The notes below the pieces were generated by a model. The model was given only the letters and a program-made list of their open reading frames with translations, was not told the DNA's origin and did not search any database. This document shows, piece by piece, positions 11,206 to 25,529 of a stretch of 64,000 bases of DNA. Origin of the DNA: Octopus sinensis. Taxonomy: Eukaryota. The stretch is taken from NCBI RefSeq assembly GCF_006345805.1, contig NC_043018.1, positions 17,236,001-17,300,000 of the forward strand. The letters run 5' to 3'. Numbering within the stretch: the first letter of the stretch is position 1; the number at the start of each line of letters is the position of its first letter. Position numbers and translations under genes: made by a program.

Positions 11206-13399
11206 GATATGTATATATATCTGCATATATATATATATATATATAATTATCATTATTATTATTTCTTCTGTTTTTGCTTTAGTGATGTCAATAACGTAGG
11301 TTTAAAAATTCTTATATTAAACTCTCCAAACAAATTGAAGTTTTTTCACAGACTTTTATAATATTTGATATTTTTATTAGGAATGTGTTATACATGTGTA
11401 GTGGTTGCCTAGCACCTACTCGATTTTCGTGTGGTGGTGGTTGAAATTTCGTCTATGATCATCCAGCACTTTTTTTGTATTCAGATAATATTTCATTGCA
11501 TTTCGAACTAAATTTTTTAAAACGTTCGCTTCTTTCTCGCTAAGTACGCCAGATATTATTGCCGCACCTATCCCTGTATTTATATGACTTCTGCGGGATT
11601 CTCTGATAGATGGTCACTTTACATTATAAGATTTTTTCTATAACTATAATTATAAGCTAACGGACCAATGCATAAAGCCAAGGTAGTCTGACAATGAAAC
11701 TCTGAACGAGTCATGTAATTAATTAACTTATGTAATTAAGATTTCTTAACTATGCAAAACTATTTTGAAATATTATAGAATGTTGTAAATGATTTTATGG
11801 GATCTTTTAAAACTAATTCTTCTTAAAGGAGATATACCCCCACTGAACTCATCACATATAAGAAAAACATGCTGCAAGCTGTGTCCTGTAATCGCCAAAT
11901 TGTATGTCATAGTAGGTACTTAATTAATGTTGTCTGTTTAATAATTATAATTAGTAGCTGAGTAAATCATGCTTGTTAAGAATACTGTAACTATTATGAA
12001 TGTGGACATGTGATTTGATTAACATAATTAAAATACTGAGCCAAGAAAATGTATAATGTATCGAATAATCCAAATGCTGAGAGGTAATACGTTTATGATT
12101 TTCTGGGATACTTGTAAAGAAATGTAAGTGGACATACCCCAAATATGCCGAGTGCGGGGAGTTTGGCCTGAATTGGTTCGTAAAGTTGCTTTAGAAATTA
12201 TAAATCAAAATATCGCATTTTCCTTTATGTTTATGACAAACTTATAATGAAATATTTCGTATCAGTATGGGAGATATCATATTTATTGCATATTTATAAA
12301 GTCGTGAATTAATGCCACCGATATTGGCACTTTCTATGTATAAATTCTCTCAGGAAATGGATTTTCCCTTATTAAATTGTGAAATTTACTGATTATATTG
12401 TTGGTAATGAATAAGAGTGAGCGTAGCCGTGCGGCATTGTGGCCACAGTTTAATGACCGAAACAGATAAATGGTAAAAGATACGGTAAAAGCCAGTGAGT
12501 CAGTCGATGAGATGGTGCGCCCTCACTGTGATGTTCGTGAAATGGAAAAACTGTTTTATAGCAATGCGATGATGACTGACGTATGAGATGGATGTCGTGC
12601 AGCAAAAATTAATAAATGTTTCTGCAATTCTCTGGTTTTAGAATAAATTGAAGTCGAACAATTGAACAAAAACATTTTGAACGGTCGAAAATGGAGAACA
12701 GATTTTTTTGAAAAGTTTTCATTGGATTGCGTAGGAAAAACAGAAATAGAAAGAAAGCGAATTGCTGTTAAATGGTTCAGATAAGTTTGTATTTTAACGC
12801 AGAAAATGCATAAAAATATAGTTTTTTATAGATTTTAAAGAAATCAATAATTCTATTCGCACTTGCAATTCTCTGCCAAACTGAAGATAATATCAGTGGT
12901 ATTCATAACATCATTATAGTTAGATGCCTTTTGGATAGTGAATTTGCAGAATCAGCGTTGCGCCCGAAGAAATCGCTTCGCAGTATTTGTTCCTGCTATT
13001 AACACAAATACATCTCAAGCGCTGCCGGAGGCAATTATGTTTCCCATTCTTTCGGGTAGATAAGAAAAGAAAAGCTTTTGAGCCCGAGCAATTCATTAAT
13101 CCTACTGTTCTGAAAATTTCTGGCTTTGTCCAAAATGATAAATAATCAGATATAAAATTTTTATATCCTTCTACGTTGGATACATAATGTAACGAAGCAG
13201 GAGGGAAAGAAAGTATTTACACGACGAACTACTATTACTATTACACGGCTCCTCAACGCTCTCTTACAACGGCTCACAGTGAACTGCTTATCAACCCGAA
13301 CTGCCATTCGCTCACAATTCATTACTTTATATGAATTACACAGTGTAGCTTCAGTCGCTTGGTGGTGGGAAGATCAGAACCCCGTCTGAAGCAGTATAA

Positions 13400-13540
13400 C
13401 ATGTTCTTTAATACTAGGTAAATGTTCTCTGTTACCTCAAATCTTCTCCCTTTGAGTCTTTTTTCTTTTAGCTTTGGGGATAGCCAAATGTCACACGGAG
13501 CCAAGTCTGGTGGGTAGGAAAAATTCAATATCGGATACAT
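13400..13540 (-). mobile_element. Mariner (Tc1/mariner) transposase C-terminal fragment
   Basis: YPILNFSYPPDLAPCDIWLSPKLKEKRLKGRRFE resembles the mariner motif HPPYSPDLAPCDFWLFPKLKE.LKGRRF. Confidence 0.8.
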
Positions 13541-14596
13541 TTGTGCAAAAAATCCAAGATCGGATACTTTTGACCACACCTCGTCCATGAAGGGAAGAAT
13601 AAATTCTTTCTGTTACAGGTAAGTAACTGAAGCATTATAAACAGATATTTGAAGTTGAAAGTTATCAATTTTTTGTCAATATACCCTATGAAAAATCACA
13701 AGGTGAAATGCTTTTAAAGTTCAAAATAAAAGCTATAAAAACATTAAACTGTATCCTCCAGATCGTCTTTATATATCTTTTTCCAGGTTAGAAAACCAGG
13801 CTAGAAAATTCGTTACAACAAAAACTGGGAACGAAAATGAATATTATTACAAAGCATAATACGTCTATAGAAATCCATTGAAGGCATATGAAATCTTTAT
13901 TCAACTAGATTACCAGATGTATGTTAATTCCGTTTCCTTTGAAGCAAATATTACCTACAGGCAACACGTTCGTAACAGTGTTTACCTTTAAATTAAAGTT
14001 GAAATTTTAGATTTTAATAAACAAATCTTTTATAACTCCAATATATGACTTCTTATATTGAACTCACAAGTAATTTCTTCATCTCTACTTGCGCCATTAC
14101 CTTCCTTGAATGTAAAAACCTCCTATGAAAATCCAAATTCTTTAATTGAATAAATACCTTAAAATAATTCTAAAGGCGATGCAAAGATTTAGTTGTAGAA
14201 GAGATTGATTGCAACTGCAAGTTTGGAATCCAATAAAGAACAATCGAACATTTATCACGTTATGTCCCTCTTCCACTTCTTTGCTATACAATGCGTGTCT
14301 CTAGAGTTTGAAATCTCAACTGAATTTCGTCGATAAAGATAATCGAAAACATTTAATTTGTAATTCCGTTTATCTGTGAGAGATTTATTTAACGCACACA
14401 GTGATATCTCAGAACCTTTTCAAAGTGTATTCGGTTTAATTACAACATACGGATATCAGAACTTTGTTTATGTTATGGTCAGTTGTAAAAGACACTGTCA
14501 GGTTAATCTATAAAAGGGAAAAGTTCATTTGTCACGCGAAACCTTTTTCATTTTGTATTAGTAAAACCGTGTCTGAAACTTAATGGTATGTTATAT

Positions 14597-14679
14597 ATTT
14601 CTTTATTACCCACAAGGGGTTAAATATAGAGGGGATAAACAAGAACAGACAAACGAATTCAGTCGATTACATCGACCCC
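14597..14679 (-). mobile_element. 3' end of family B (Nin) SINE
   Basis: ATTTCTTTATTACCCACAAGGGG...GTCGATTACATCGACCCC. Confidence 0.8.
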
Positions 14680-15875
14680 TTGCTTCAAAATGCTTAATTT
14701 GAGGTGTGTTTGCAAAATACAGTTTTGTTTTTCTGGGCTGAAAGTTCATTTAGCTTATAGAAGAAATACACATATTATCTGTCATTTATTTCAAATGGAT
14801 GGAAGGTAACTGATTCCACCAAACAGGATTTTGAAAGAAAACATTATATTGTCACGGAAAATTTAAATTCACCCTTTTTTGAATGAACGAAGGATATTTT
14901 GCCTCGATGACATCTGCTAAGATTAATTTATTCCATGTTGCTTGAGATACAGAGACAGTTAGGCCACAAATGTTTCGAAAATGAAATGAAATTTAAATGG
15001 AAGTCATTCCTATTTCGTTATTTCAATCTACTGTTCAGAATAATATCCGTATTCCATCGTGGATTGCGTGACTACAAGAATTACAATATATACTTGTATC
15101 AGAGGAAAGCGCAGATAATAATGGAAAACGTTTTAATCATCATAGATTTCCACATGGAATCTTTATAATTATATGGTCCTAGCTCCAAGCCATTCCAGGA
15201 CTTAAACAACAGGATAAATGCCAGCTCAAAAGGAATGTCAAAACAGCTACCGCTAGAATTACACTAACATCGTTAGAAATAATTGTTTTATTGTTTTTCG
15301 GATTAGTTATACACACACAACTATGCATATTTATAGAAAGATAGACAGACATACAGATACATACATAGGCACAGGTGTGTGTGTATGTGCGTGTGTGCAC
15401 AGATTTGTGTATATGTCTGTGTGTTTGTATGTATGCACGTTTACGTATATATGGACGTATACATGTGTAGAAAGAGAGAGAGAGAGAGAGAGAAAGAGAG
15501 ATTGTTTAATATTGAATCGATAATAATACGAATATAAACACCTTTGCATTAAATTGAAGGATTAAATACTAACTTTTGTTGAATACATGTTAATTATAAT
15601 TTATGAGTTGAGTAGGTATAGTGACCTCGAAAGTTCGATATGCTAAATTTCGTAGCCCAGTTTGATGATGGCTAGCAGTCAAAACTTTCAAGTCTCTATA
15701 ACCATTCTTCTTTCAGATATATAATTTACATACGCGATGTATGTAACACACGCACACGCACACACACACACCACACACACAAACAAATAAACACACACAC
15801 ACACGAACTCATAAATAAATGATGCTCTTTTCTCCACTTCCGTTGTCATTTTCCATTTCTCTATCTTCCCTATAG

Positions 15876-15921
15876 ATGGCGGACGAAGACCAATGTCAGA
15901 TCGTCGTATATATTCTCTGAC
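15876..15921 (+). other. Candidate 46-nt exon (coding or UTR)
   Basis: Long polypyrimidine tract ending CCCTATAG and a GTAAGC donor. Two frames are open (xGGRRPMSDRRIYSLT or xWRTKTNVRSSYIFSD). No homology recognised. Confidence 0.35.
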
Positions 15922-16192
15922 GTAAGCTTATATAAATAGAATTTAGCCCAAACAAATATTAGCCGCAGTCAGCCTCTTTTTAATCTGAATTTTTTTTAAT
16001 GTATATCGGTCGTTATCGATGTATTCTTTTATTCTTTCGAATGTTCCTGTCATTTTAATGCGGCTACGCTGAAGCACCACCTTTAGTCGAACTAATCCTA
16101 AAACCAAGAACCTTTCGGCACCCTTTTGTATATATATAATCATATGTATGTATATAGTATGTATGTATGTATGTATGTATATATATATATAT

Positions 16193-16251
<59 letters not shown>

Positions 16252-16519
16252 TACATTAAAAGGCCCCTAAATAAAGAAGCAAGTACTAGATACACAAAAA
16301 GGGGATAAATTCATGAAATGGAATGAAAATTAAAAACGTTTACCAACTCAGCTAAACTTCTACTGCCGTTTCGTCTATTTTTTTTTAGCAAATGAATATA
16401 ATTTATCTGCCAAGGTTAGACTCATCAGCAAGCAGCCTTGTAATCCGAGAAGTACATATCATTAGAAGCACGTGCAAATCTACCCTATTTACTATGTTTT
16501 TATATATATATATAAATAA

Positions 16520-16574
<55 letters not shown>

Positions 16575-16591
16575 ATATATATATATATAAT

Positions 16592-16638
<47 letters not shown>

Positions 16639-17446
16639 ATATATATACATATATATATAACATATATACATATGGATTTTTTTTAATGCAATCATTTACA
16701 AAACTGCTACAGATATTGTTCATTGTGAAGCTATCAGAACTTGCTTTCCAATAAATTTTTCGCAACAAAACATGTAATGAGTGTCATTATACATTCGTCT
16801 TGACAACTTCCTTTGTATTAATTTGCAATATAATCGTAATTTTACTACATTTTTGCTAGAAAGTTGTAAAAGTTTTCACTGAAAAATTCGTGTTATTCAG
16901 AACGTTATCAGGAAACAAAATCTCACGTAAAGCGTCAGAATCTCCTCCCTCCGTCCACCAGAAAACATATCTTCCTTCATAGGAAACTAATATAATATGA
17001 ACCTACGCTTTCTGAAGCATATTTGTAGAAACCCTCATTAAAAATAAGCATTTATCTGATAATTACGAAGAAAACATTCCTTGGGACATATTTGCGTGTG
17101 CATGTGGACAGATTATGGAATCGATCCTAAGATTACTTTGCTTTTATAAATCTACATATCACTTTGCTTCGCTTCACTTCCATTTTGTATGTAACAATAA
17201 TTAATTGATTTTTCGTTGACATCAAATGTGTGAAAATGCAGTGAATGAGATGGGTTCAATTTTTCACTAAATATTAATGTAAATATGACGATACTAGTCA
17301 CGTTGATATTATTGAATAACAAATACTAACTATATTAAAACTGTATCACACACACACATATATATAGATACAAACATGCATACATATATACATTTGTATA
17401 TATAGAACCATACACACATATATACAGACATATATATTATTTCATG

Positions 17447-17480
<34 letters not shown>

Positions 17481-17504
17481 ATGTGTTTGTGTATACACAA
17501 TCAT

Positions 17505-17705
17505 ACCTACATACATTCATGCAGACATACATACATGCATTTATGCATACATAAATACATAAATACATACATACATACATACATACATACATACATACAT
17601 ACATACATACATACATACATACATGCATACATACATACATACATACATACATACATACATACATACATACATACATACATACATACATACATACATACAT
17701 AAACA
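17505..17705. repeat. (TACA)n tetranucleotide array
   Basis: Directly visible. Confidence 0.95.
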
Positions 17706-18864
17706 TACGTAGGAAGTGAAATATTCTTGAAATAATGATTTCGAAAAATATTTTAAAAATTTTAAAAAGTTGATATCACGAATAAAATTTTGCGACACAA
17801 TTTCTAAATTATTGACATATTTAAAACAACGGAATACACATCCATTTGAATAAATATACATACACCATACAATGTATTAGGCGCTTCCTTGGGTGTATAT
17901 TCATAACACACATAAGAGTGTGTGTGTGTGGGTGTGTGTGCGTGTACGTGCGTGTGCGTATGTGGGCATCCTTTCTCTGCAATTCGATGTGTGAGTATCC
18001 ACTTTTGTAGACTTGTCTCTATAACCTGTTATAGATAACCTAATGTCTTGTATGTTACGGTAGTATGTGTGCTTGTACAGTATATTCGATAATGAATTTA
18101 CTGAAGGAAGATTATATCAGGTCTACCGTTATAATTCACATTTTATATTTTATCCTTGCAAATCTTTGTTTATAGATTAAAAATAAGCATCACTAAAATG
18201 AGATCAATAACATAACACGCGCACACACACACACACGTACTTGCTAATGATTCCCATGTTGCTCTTAATGTTTGGCTAAATTGTGCTATGACTCATAGTT
18301 TGGTGCGATTAATACATTTAAAATATATTCAATATAATTCGCATAGATATGTATATATATATATAACGAGAGAGAGACAGAGAGAGAGAAATATATGTAT
18401 ATATATATATATATATGCATGTGTGCGTGTATGTTTGTATGTGTGTGCCTGTGTGTGTAAGGGAAAGCTGAGTGTGACAGAGACATACAGACAGTTGAGT
18501 GGAAGGTTCTGAGAGAATAAACCTTAAATAGAGAAAAAGGAGGAAAGAGAAAGAAAGGAAGAAAGAAAGAAAGAAAGGAAGAAAGAAAGAGTTTCAAACA
18601 TTGTGTTCTGCATATTAACGTTTGAAAGTAACTTAATAGATTATTATCCATTACACAAGAGGGCATTTTTGTTGAATAATATCCTATATTTATGAAGGAA
18701 ACAGCGGTTCAGTGTAACAGTAAATTTTTATTTCATTGTCTGTGAAGTTTAGTATGGATTCATTGGCATCAAAGGAAGATAATCTGAAAGATCAAAGCAG
18801 AAAATCACGATAATGATCGATAAATTTCATTTTTATCGTTTGAGTGCTTCTAGACTTTCTTCAG

Positions 18865-18943
18865 GGAAACGCATTCTTGGATAAGTTCACAAAGCTGTTG
18901 TTATCAGAAAGTTGGAATCAAAACCTTGTTGGTTGGTTTGTTG
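18865..18943 (+). other. Candidate 79-nt exon
   Basis: Acceptor ACTTTCTTCAG, donor G|GTGAGT. Two frames are open (GNAFLDKFTKLLLSESWNQNLVGWFV or ETHSWISSQSCCYQKVGIKTLLVGLL). Confidence 0.3.
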
Positions 18944-19522
18944 GTGAGTTATGCTACGTGTATGTGTGTGTCGGTGTGTATGGTTGTGTGTGCGTGCGTG
19001 TCTCTGTGTTTGTACGTGTGTGTGTTTTGAAAAGGACGAATATGTATCTATTCATTTTGTATGTGTGTGTTATCAATACAAACTATAAATATATATTACT
19101 CCTCTAGAATAACGTTCGATATAAATATCCTTCAGCAAAAGAGACGGTGCTGACCATTGAATTACGAAAAGTCGTATACATTGTTAAACATTCAACTCCG
19201 TTAGTCGCAAAAAGCATTTTGTCTAATCAAATTGTATAAAGCTGCTGCTTCACTGAATATCTTATGATACTTTGTGCTGCTTAATTAACAAAGTAATATA
19301 GAAACAAATTAATGACACATCTAAATGAATATTGAATTCCCGGTGTATGATTTTGTTGTGGACTGGATTAATCTTATAGTCTTACTAGTGTACTCTTTTT
19401 AGATATTAAAAGGTTGCCATGATGTAGTTTACGCGATCATATCGACCCCTGGATTCATTAGAATTCCGTACACTTTATCAATACTCTCCATAGACCTAAC
19501 TTGATGCACATATATATATATA

Positions 19523-19634
19523 TATAAACAACTTATAAGTAAGGGCTAAAAAAACTTATTTCAATGCCAATATGCTTATAACAGACTATTAAATCGTCAA
19601 TTTCCACATATAACTTACTTATAAGTTGTTTATA
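19523..19634. mobile_element. Putative 112-bp MITE-like element
   Basis: Perfect 21-bp terminal inverted repeat TATAAACAACTTATAAGTAAG (19523-19543) / CTTACTTATAAGTTGTTTATA (19614-19634), in TA context. Confidence 0.4.
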
Positions 19635-19838
19635 ATTTTAACCGTAAAGGTATTTTAATATGCTGCCACATTTTTTGATGAAATTTTTTCTGTAGAGAAA
19701 AAAAATTCATCCTACATTAGTAGTAGACTTATATATATATATTAATATATATATATAATATATATATATATATATAATATATATATATATATATAAAAAT
19801 TGAGGAGATAAATTAAATATTATTTTAATATCAATTTA

Positions 19839-19871
<33 letters not shown>

Positions 19872-20064
19872 ATATATATTGTAATATTGTGGTTCTGGGA
19901 GGGATTTTTCTCCCACCTCAAACTCCTGGATTCATTTCCCATATTCTTCCATGCACCTGTGTTAATAATGCACCCTTGCGTTTGTATATAAATGTAAATC
20001 TTTCCCAAATAAGATTGCAATTCACGTTTGAAGCTCCGATGATGCTTTTGGGTGATAGGCAAGC

Positions 20065-20215
20065 TTTGAACTATGAGTGCATTGAATGTTATAGCAGAAA
20101 TAGCTGTAACCCAATGAAGTTCCTGACATAACTTTTTTGTTCCTTTGTCACCGCAATATTCTTCTCAACGCTCTGTACTTCACTGACGTTTCGTTCTAAA
20201 GCATGAAATCGAGTT
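20065..20215 (+). repeat. Ancient unclassified dispersed repeat, copy 2
   Basis: Colinear similarity to 7960-8100. Confidence 0.55.
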
Positions 20216-20299
20216 CAGACATCAGGTTATTTGTATCTTTGTAACAAAGCATAATAATAATAATAATATAATAATAATAATATAATAATAATAATAATG

Positions 20300-20770
20300 A
20301 TAATTGTTGTGAAAGACCAAAACAATAAAGTTTGCTTATTGATCGACATGAGCATCCCCTGTGATCATAATATCTCAGCGAAAGAGTTTGACAAGCTCAG
20401 AAAATATAAAGACCTACTCATTGAAATTGAGAACATGTGGCATCTCAAGGCGGTTACAATACCAGTGATCGTAGGAGCACTAGGAATGATCAAGAAGGGA
20501 ACCGAAAATTATATGAGAATGATCCCTGGCTTACCATCCCTGCAAGAAGTGCAAAAGATTGTCTTAACTGGTACATCACACGTATTGAGAAGAGCATTGT
20601 CAATGTGAGAATCATTACTACCCATGTATTTTAATTTAACTTAAAAAAAAATGAACGAACTATTGAGTTTGGTTTGATGGCCTACCGGTGTGTACTATGA
20701 GTTTCTTTGCCCTAGGAGTCGGGAAGGCACTCGGCAAGAAATGGAAGCAAATTTGAAAGAGGAAAAAAAA
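20300..20770 (+). mobile_element. 5'-truncated R4/Dong-like non-LTR retrotransposon (REL endonuclease C-terminus + 3' UTR) inserted in (TAA)n
   Basis: ORF 20297-20608 IVVKDQNNKVCLLIDMSIPCD..KEFDKLRKYKDLLIEIENMWHLKAVTIPVIVGALG...LQEVQKIVLTGTSHVLRRALSM* is the REL domain (PD..D..P..K..KY..L, IPVIVGALG). It is flanked by (AAT)n at 20252-20300 and 20773-20830. Confidence 0.85.
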
Positions 20771-21700
20771 GTTATAATAATAATAATAATAATAATAATA
20801 ACTATAATAATAATAACAATAATGATAATAATAATGATGATGATGGTGGTGGTGATGATGATGATGATAACAACAACAAAAATAAAAATAACGATAACAA
20901 TAACATATGGAGAGAGAGATAGGGGCAAGATATAGATAGAGGTACGGATATGAATTAGGCAAGAATAACATTATTCTCATGAACAGGGGACATTATTTTC
21001 AGCGTTAGTGTCATCAACATCATCCATCTTTATCACCATCCTCCTTTCCATCGTCATCATTGTCATTGGTTGATGCATGGTTGATGCATGTTCGCAGTGA
21101 GTGAGGATATAGTGCAGTAAAAACAGTTCGGCATGATATATGCTGCCGTAAATTCTGTTGTATCTAAATAGCCAAGCTCCGAATATTAATAACTACGACA
21201 TGAGCATATGGATATTAATACGTCAAAGGGATGTTACTCAAGTTGCTCTTTGCCGTTTCCTGCCTTAAATTCCGTTAGAAATTTCTATGGAGCAGCTCTG
21301 AGCAAGCAATTATTTGCTTACTTCATTTATTATCTTTTTGGCCTTGAGTATCAAACCCCAGCAGCAAGCATTTTCGATGATGTATAACGTTTAGATATTA
21401 CTGCGTATCAAACATTCAGTGTATCTGTGTGTGGGTGTGTGTGTATGTAAACATGTTTATATCGATGGATGGTTTGAATGCATGTGCATGATTGTGCATT
21501 TCTCTCTATAGACCCAGCTGTCGTTAATGGAATAATACTTTCTGTCAATATGATATATAAACAGATAAATAACACAGTGATAAAACACAAGTAAACACAT
21601 ATTACTTTATTAATGCTATTTAAAGACAGCATATTTCTGGATAGCCGCCACCCACATATATGAGTTTAAATATACATCTACGAGCGAATGTGTATATATA

Positions 21701-21911
21701 CAGGGTGTCCCAAAAAATGCATACATACTTTAGCAGCTGATAACTCATTTGATATTTTTTCTTTCCAGATGAAAACTACATGATTTAATGATGGCAGTCA
21801 GATTAAGCTTTGAACAAAGAAAATCCATTCTAAAATGATACTGGAAGTGTGAAAATGCAGTTGAGGTGCAAAAACAGTTAAAGTATGCATACATTTTTTT
21901 GGGACACCCTG
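21701..21911 (+). mobile_element. Tc1/mariner-type internally deleted element (MITE), 211 bp
   Basis: TIRs of about 32 bp (CAGGGTGTCCCAAAAAATG.AT.CATACTTTA), TA-flanked. The interior keeps a transposase-like N-terminus MMAVRLSFEQRKSILK*YWKCENAVEVQKQ. Confidence 0.85.
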
Positions 21912-22169
21912 TATATATATATACAGGGTGTCCCAAAAAAATGTATATATAAATTGCTTGACGACACAAGGCACGTTATATAATGAATTACCATGTTTCC
22001 ACGATATGGAACTAATATTAACTCTGTGCAGGGGTGTTTGTACCTGATATTCCAGCCGTGTGTGCAAAAAACCGCAACCCAGCTAAGATACTAGCCCTTG
22101 TACTTTTTATACAGGGACTCTCTATAGCATTTCCGAAGTGCAAATTCCAAATCAGGTGAAAAGAATATA

Positions 22170-22352
22170 AATAAGTAACAAAGATGTACAGACAAATTCC
22201 TCTCAATGAACATATAGAAAAATGTGCAGGTAACACCGAACCGAATTTCACAGTCCTCCCTTTCTACCAGTGCGAAGACACAGTCTCTCAACTAGAACGT
22301 TTAAATAAAGAAATTTTTTTCATTGAAAAATACAGAACACGTCTTAATATGC
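22170..22352 (+). mobile_element. Degenerate PLE GIY-YIG C-terminal fragment (related to the element at 41.5-45.2 kb)
   Basis: YRQIPLNEHIEKCAGNTEPNFTVLPFYQCEDTVSQLERLNKEIFFIEKYRTRLN aligns with EHIEKCAKQLLPQFLIFPFYQC...RLNRETFFIEKYKPRLN at 44735-44880. Confidence 0.8.
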
Positions 22353-23094
22353 ACGCATAACCAACTTTTATTTTTTTTACATATTTCAATTACATCACTA
22401 TACATAAATCCCCTCACTAAACAAGACTCTTCTGTCTGACTGGGGAATTTTATATATCGCTTTCGAAGTTATAAACATGAGAGTAGGGTGTTAACAAAAA
22501 TGTGATTTAAATTTAATACTTATTGGAAAGTAATCAAACATAACAAATTATTTTTACATTAGTGTTAAATTATTTTCTAGAATTGTATTTAGACAGGAGA
22601 TAATATTTTGACTGTTATCAGATACTTCAGTGACGGCCGTTTCCGTAGTTTGTAGACATCTTATTTTTTGATGTCAGAATGTTTCAGATTAATTAAAAAT
22701 TATTAGACATGATCGCAATATATTGTAGTTAATGTTAGTGTTTTAATATAGCGATATGTGCAACGTTCTCTGAATTGTCAAAAGCTCGTCCAGCATAACG
22801 GCTGTCAAGGACAGCTGTCAGTTTTCCTGTATGATATAAGAATAGGTTCTTCCACCAAATGTTCTCTTTTGTTTCTTATATTTTCCTTCATTAATACTAT
22901 GTCATATCCGTTGCTATGCTGCCAGTAAAAACTATTTGCTCATCATGCATGTGTCTTCTTTTAATAATAGTGAAATTCTCAAAATTATTTAATGACAAAA
23001 CATCAGTATATCTATCTATCGATCGATCGATCTATCTATCTGTCTATCTATATAAATGTATGTATGTATGTAAATATACATACATACATTCATT

Positions 23095-23253
23095 CATTCC
23101 CGTCTCGGGATCTTTCTTTCTCCTATGTTTCCGACGAAGAGCCCCGCTCGAAACGTCATACCTCCTTCTTCCATTTTCCTGGGCGCCTAATAATAATAAT
23201 ACTGTAATTGTTCCACGTGTTGTTGTTTTTTCTGTTTTCCCGTTTGGATTAAC
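23095..23253 (+). mobile_element. Short PLE-end-like repeat (family H1) with hammerhead variant
   Basis: 23127-23161 reads GTTT-CCGACGA-A-GAGC-CCC-GCTC-GAAAC-GTC-ATAC; homologous to 930-1127. Confidence 0.7.
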
Positions 23254-23297
23254 CTATATATATATATATTATATATATATATATAATATATATATTA

Positions 23298-23363
<66 letters not shown>

Positions 23364-23699
23364 ATATATATACAAAATATACATGGTAGAAAATTAGAGA
23401 AATTTTCTGCTAGTGGCTAGCATGCATTAAAGAGTCAATAGACAACATATTTTTATATAAAATCAGTTTATATTTATACACAAAACAGGTGATCCTATCA
23501 GGCCAATGTACGTGCTAAAAAGAGCAGTCAAATCCCAAACCACGGTTAAGAGTAATTTCGAAGGAGATGAAAGATAAAAAAACATTTTCTATAGTTACTA
23601 CATGTACCTAGGTCTCAAGCATTGTCAGACATGCACTGATAATTCCTGCGATTTTAATCAAAACTTGTTAGGTACTAGGTTGGCAGCAGTACCTATATA

Positions 23700-23703
23700 T
23701 ATC

Positions 23704-23793
<90 letters not shown>

Positions 23794-23830
23794 CATCTAT
23801 ATATATATCTATCTATCTATTTATCTATCT
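23700..23830. repeat. (TCTA)n array
   Basis: Directly visible. Confidence 0.95.
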
Positions 23831-25478
23831 CTATACATATATATATATATTTCCCACACGCACACATCCTCTCACAATATTATTTCTCGCTCAAAACAAC
23901 CTTACTCGTCCCTTTTTTAAAATACATTGTGACATATATTTTGATTCTTCTCTTTTCTTCCCTCCGTGAAAACAGATGTTATGACCTGATCCGCTTCTTA
24001 TTTATTATATAAGATTATCAATGTAGCCTATCAAAATCTTAGTACGGTAGAGGGTCGTTCCGAATTCTTTTTTCCTCTTAACATTTTTTTCTCTTAACAT
24101 TACATCATAATTGTCATACATGCTCTTGACGGTTCATCTTTTGTAGAATTACTTTCTACCAATCGAGATCAAATATTTTGAAAGCTGCAATAATTTCAAG
24201 GGGGCTCTTGGATGTATCGCCTCCACCATTAACGTACATGACTTAAGGTCTTTTACTATTATATTACTTTCATCAACTTGGTCTGAGATTGGACTAACAT
24301 TAATGGAATGAAATATATACTAATTATTATTCAGAAATTAATAATGCTGAAATGGCGGATATGCAGGTTTTCTAACATAAACACATGCCTGTATTTATTT
24401 AAAACATGTAGCAATGTGTTGAAATTTTCCTGGATTCAACTTTATCATTCTTTCTTCAACTTTTAATTTTATATCACGTTTGAATTCTAACGGGAAACTA
24501 TATAACACAGCGAACACTTTGAAATGGCACGGTGATGAAACAACACGTTCCCATTTACCGAAATGGTTCCTTCTATCATACGGAGCGAATCCGCTTTTAT
24601 AACGAAAAAATGGATATTATATATGAGAGTTCTCGAAATTATGAGCAAAACCTATAAGTAGTGCTTCATAAAAGATACAGGAGCTATTTTGGAAATACGT
24701 TGTAGAGAGACTCTGATGTGTTATGCAATAATTCACTTGACATATTATAACGTGTGACATATGAAGATTGAAAAATGACAGGGTGGTGCTTAACATTTTA
24801 TATTATGCAGCTCTGAACAAAATATTTTAAAGAGAAAAACATCAATGTTTACTTAATTATAAAAAACGTTAACATTTTCAACATAAATATTTACATATCA
24901 GCTTTGTAATCCCAACGAACCCATTTCCATGGAATTATTACCAGCAATTGCGCGATTTAAAAGAAAAATCCTTATACGTATTTATCTGATAAATTTTATA
25001 TTTTTACTCTCTTTTTTTTCTGACAGCCTGTTATTCCATACAAACAGGTATTTGTTTATTCAATTCTTTCCTTTAACCCCGATAGTTATTTGCATGTATG
25101 ACATTTTCCTTTTCCGTATAAGTCAAAAACAAAGAGCAGGTAATAAAAGTAATAACGTTCATGATGTTACAAATAGTGTAATAGCTACTTTCATTACACT
25201 ATATCACCATAAACCTAAAACAAATCAAACGAAACTATAGAATACATCATCAGCCAATGACCAAACCTAGTATGAAACACGAATGAGAAAAAAATTAAAA
25301 CATGGCTGCATGAAAAACCTGAAACTGGTGTCAGGTAAATCACTTCTAAGGAAGCCATGTCTCTCTAAGATAAATGAAGAGCGTTGCAGTTTCTCCCATG
25401 CAGCACCACATTCAGCCATACTAACACTCGTTTCAGCATAAATATATGTGTGACTGTAATGTGTATGTACGGACAGAA

Positions 25479-25529
<51 letters not shown>

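Noticed and set aside
13786-13860. Strong acceptor followed by LENQARKFVTTKTGNENEYYYKA*
   Set aside because: It cannot be linked to other exons and is too short to support
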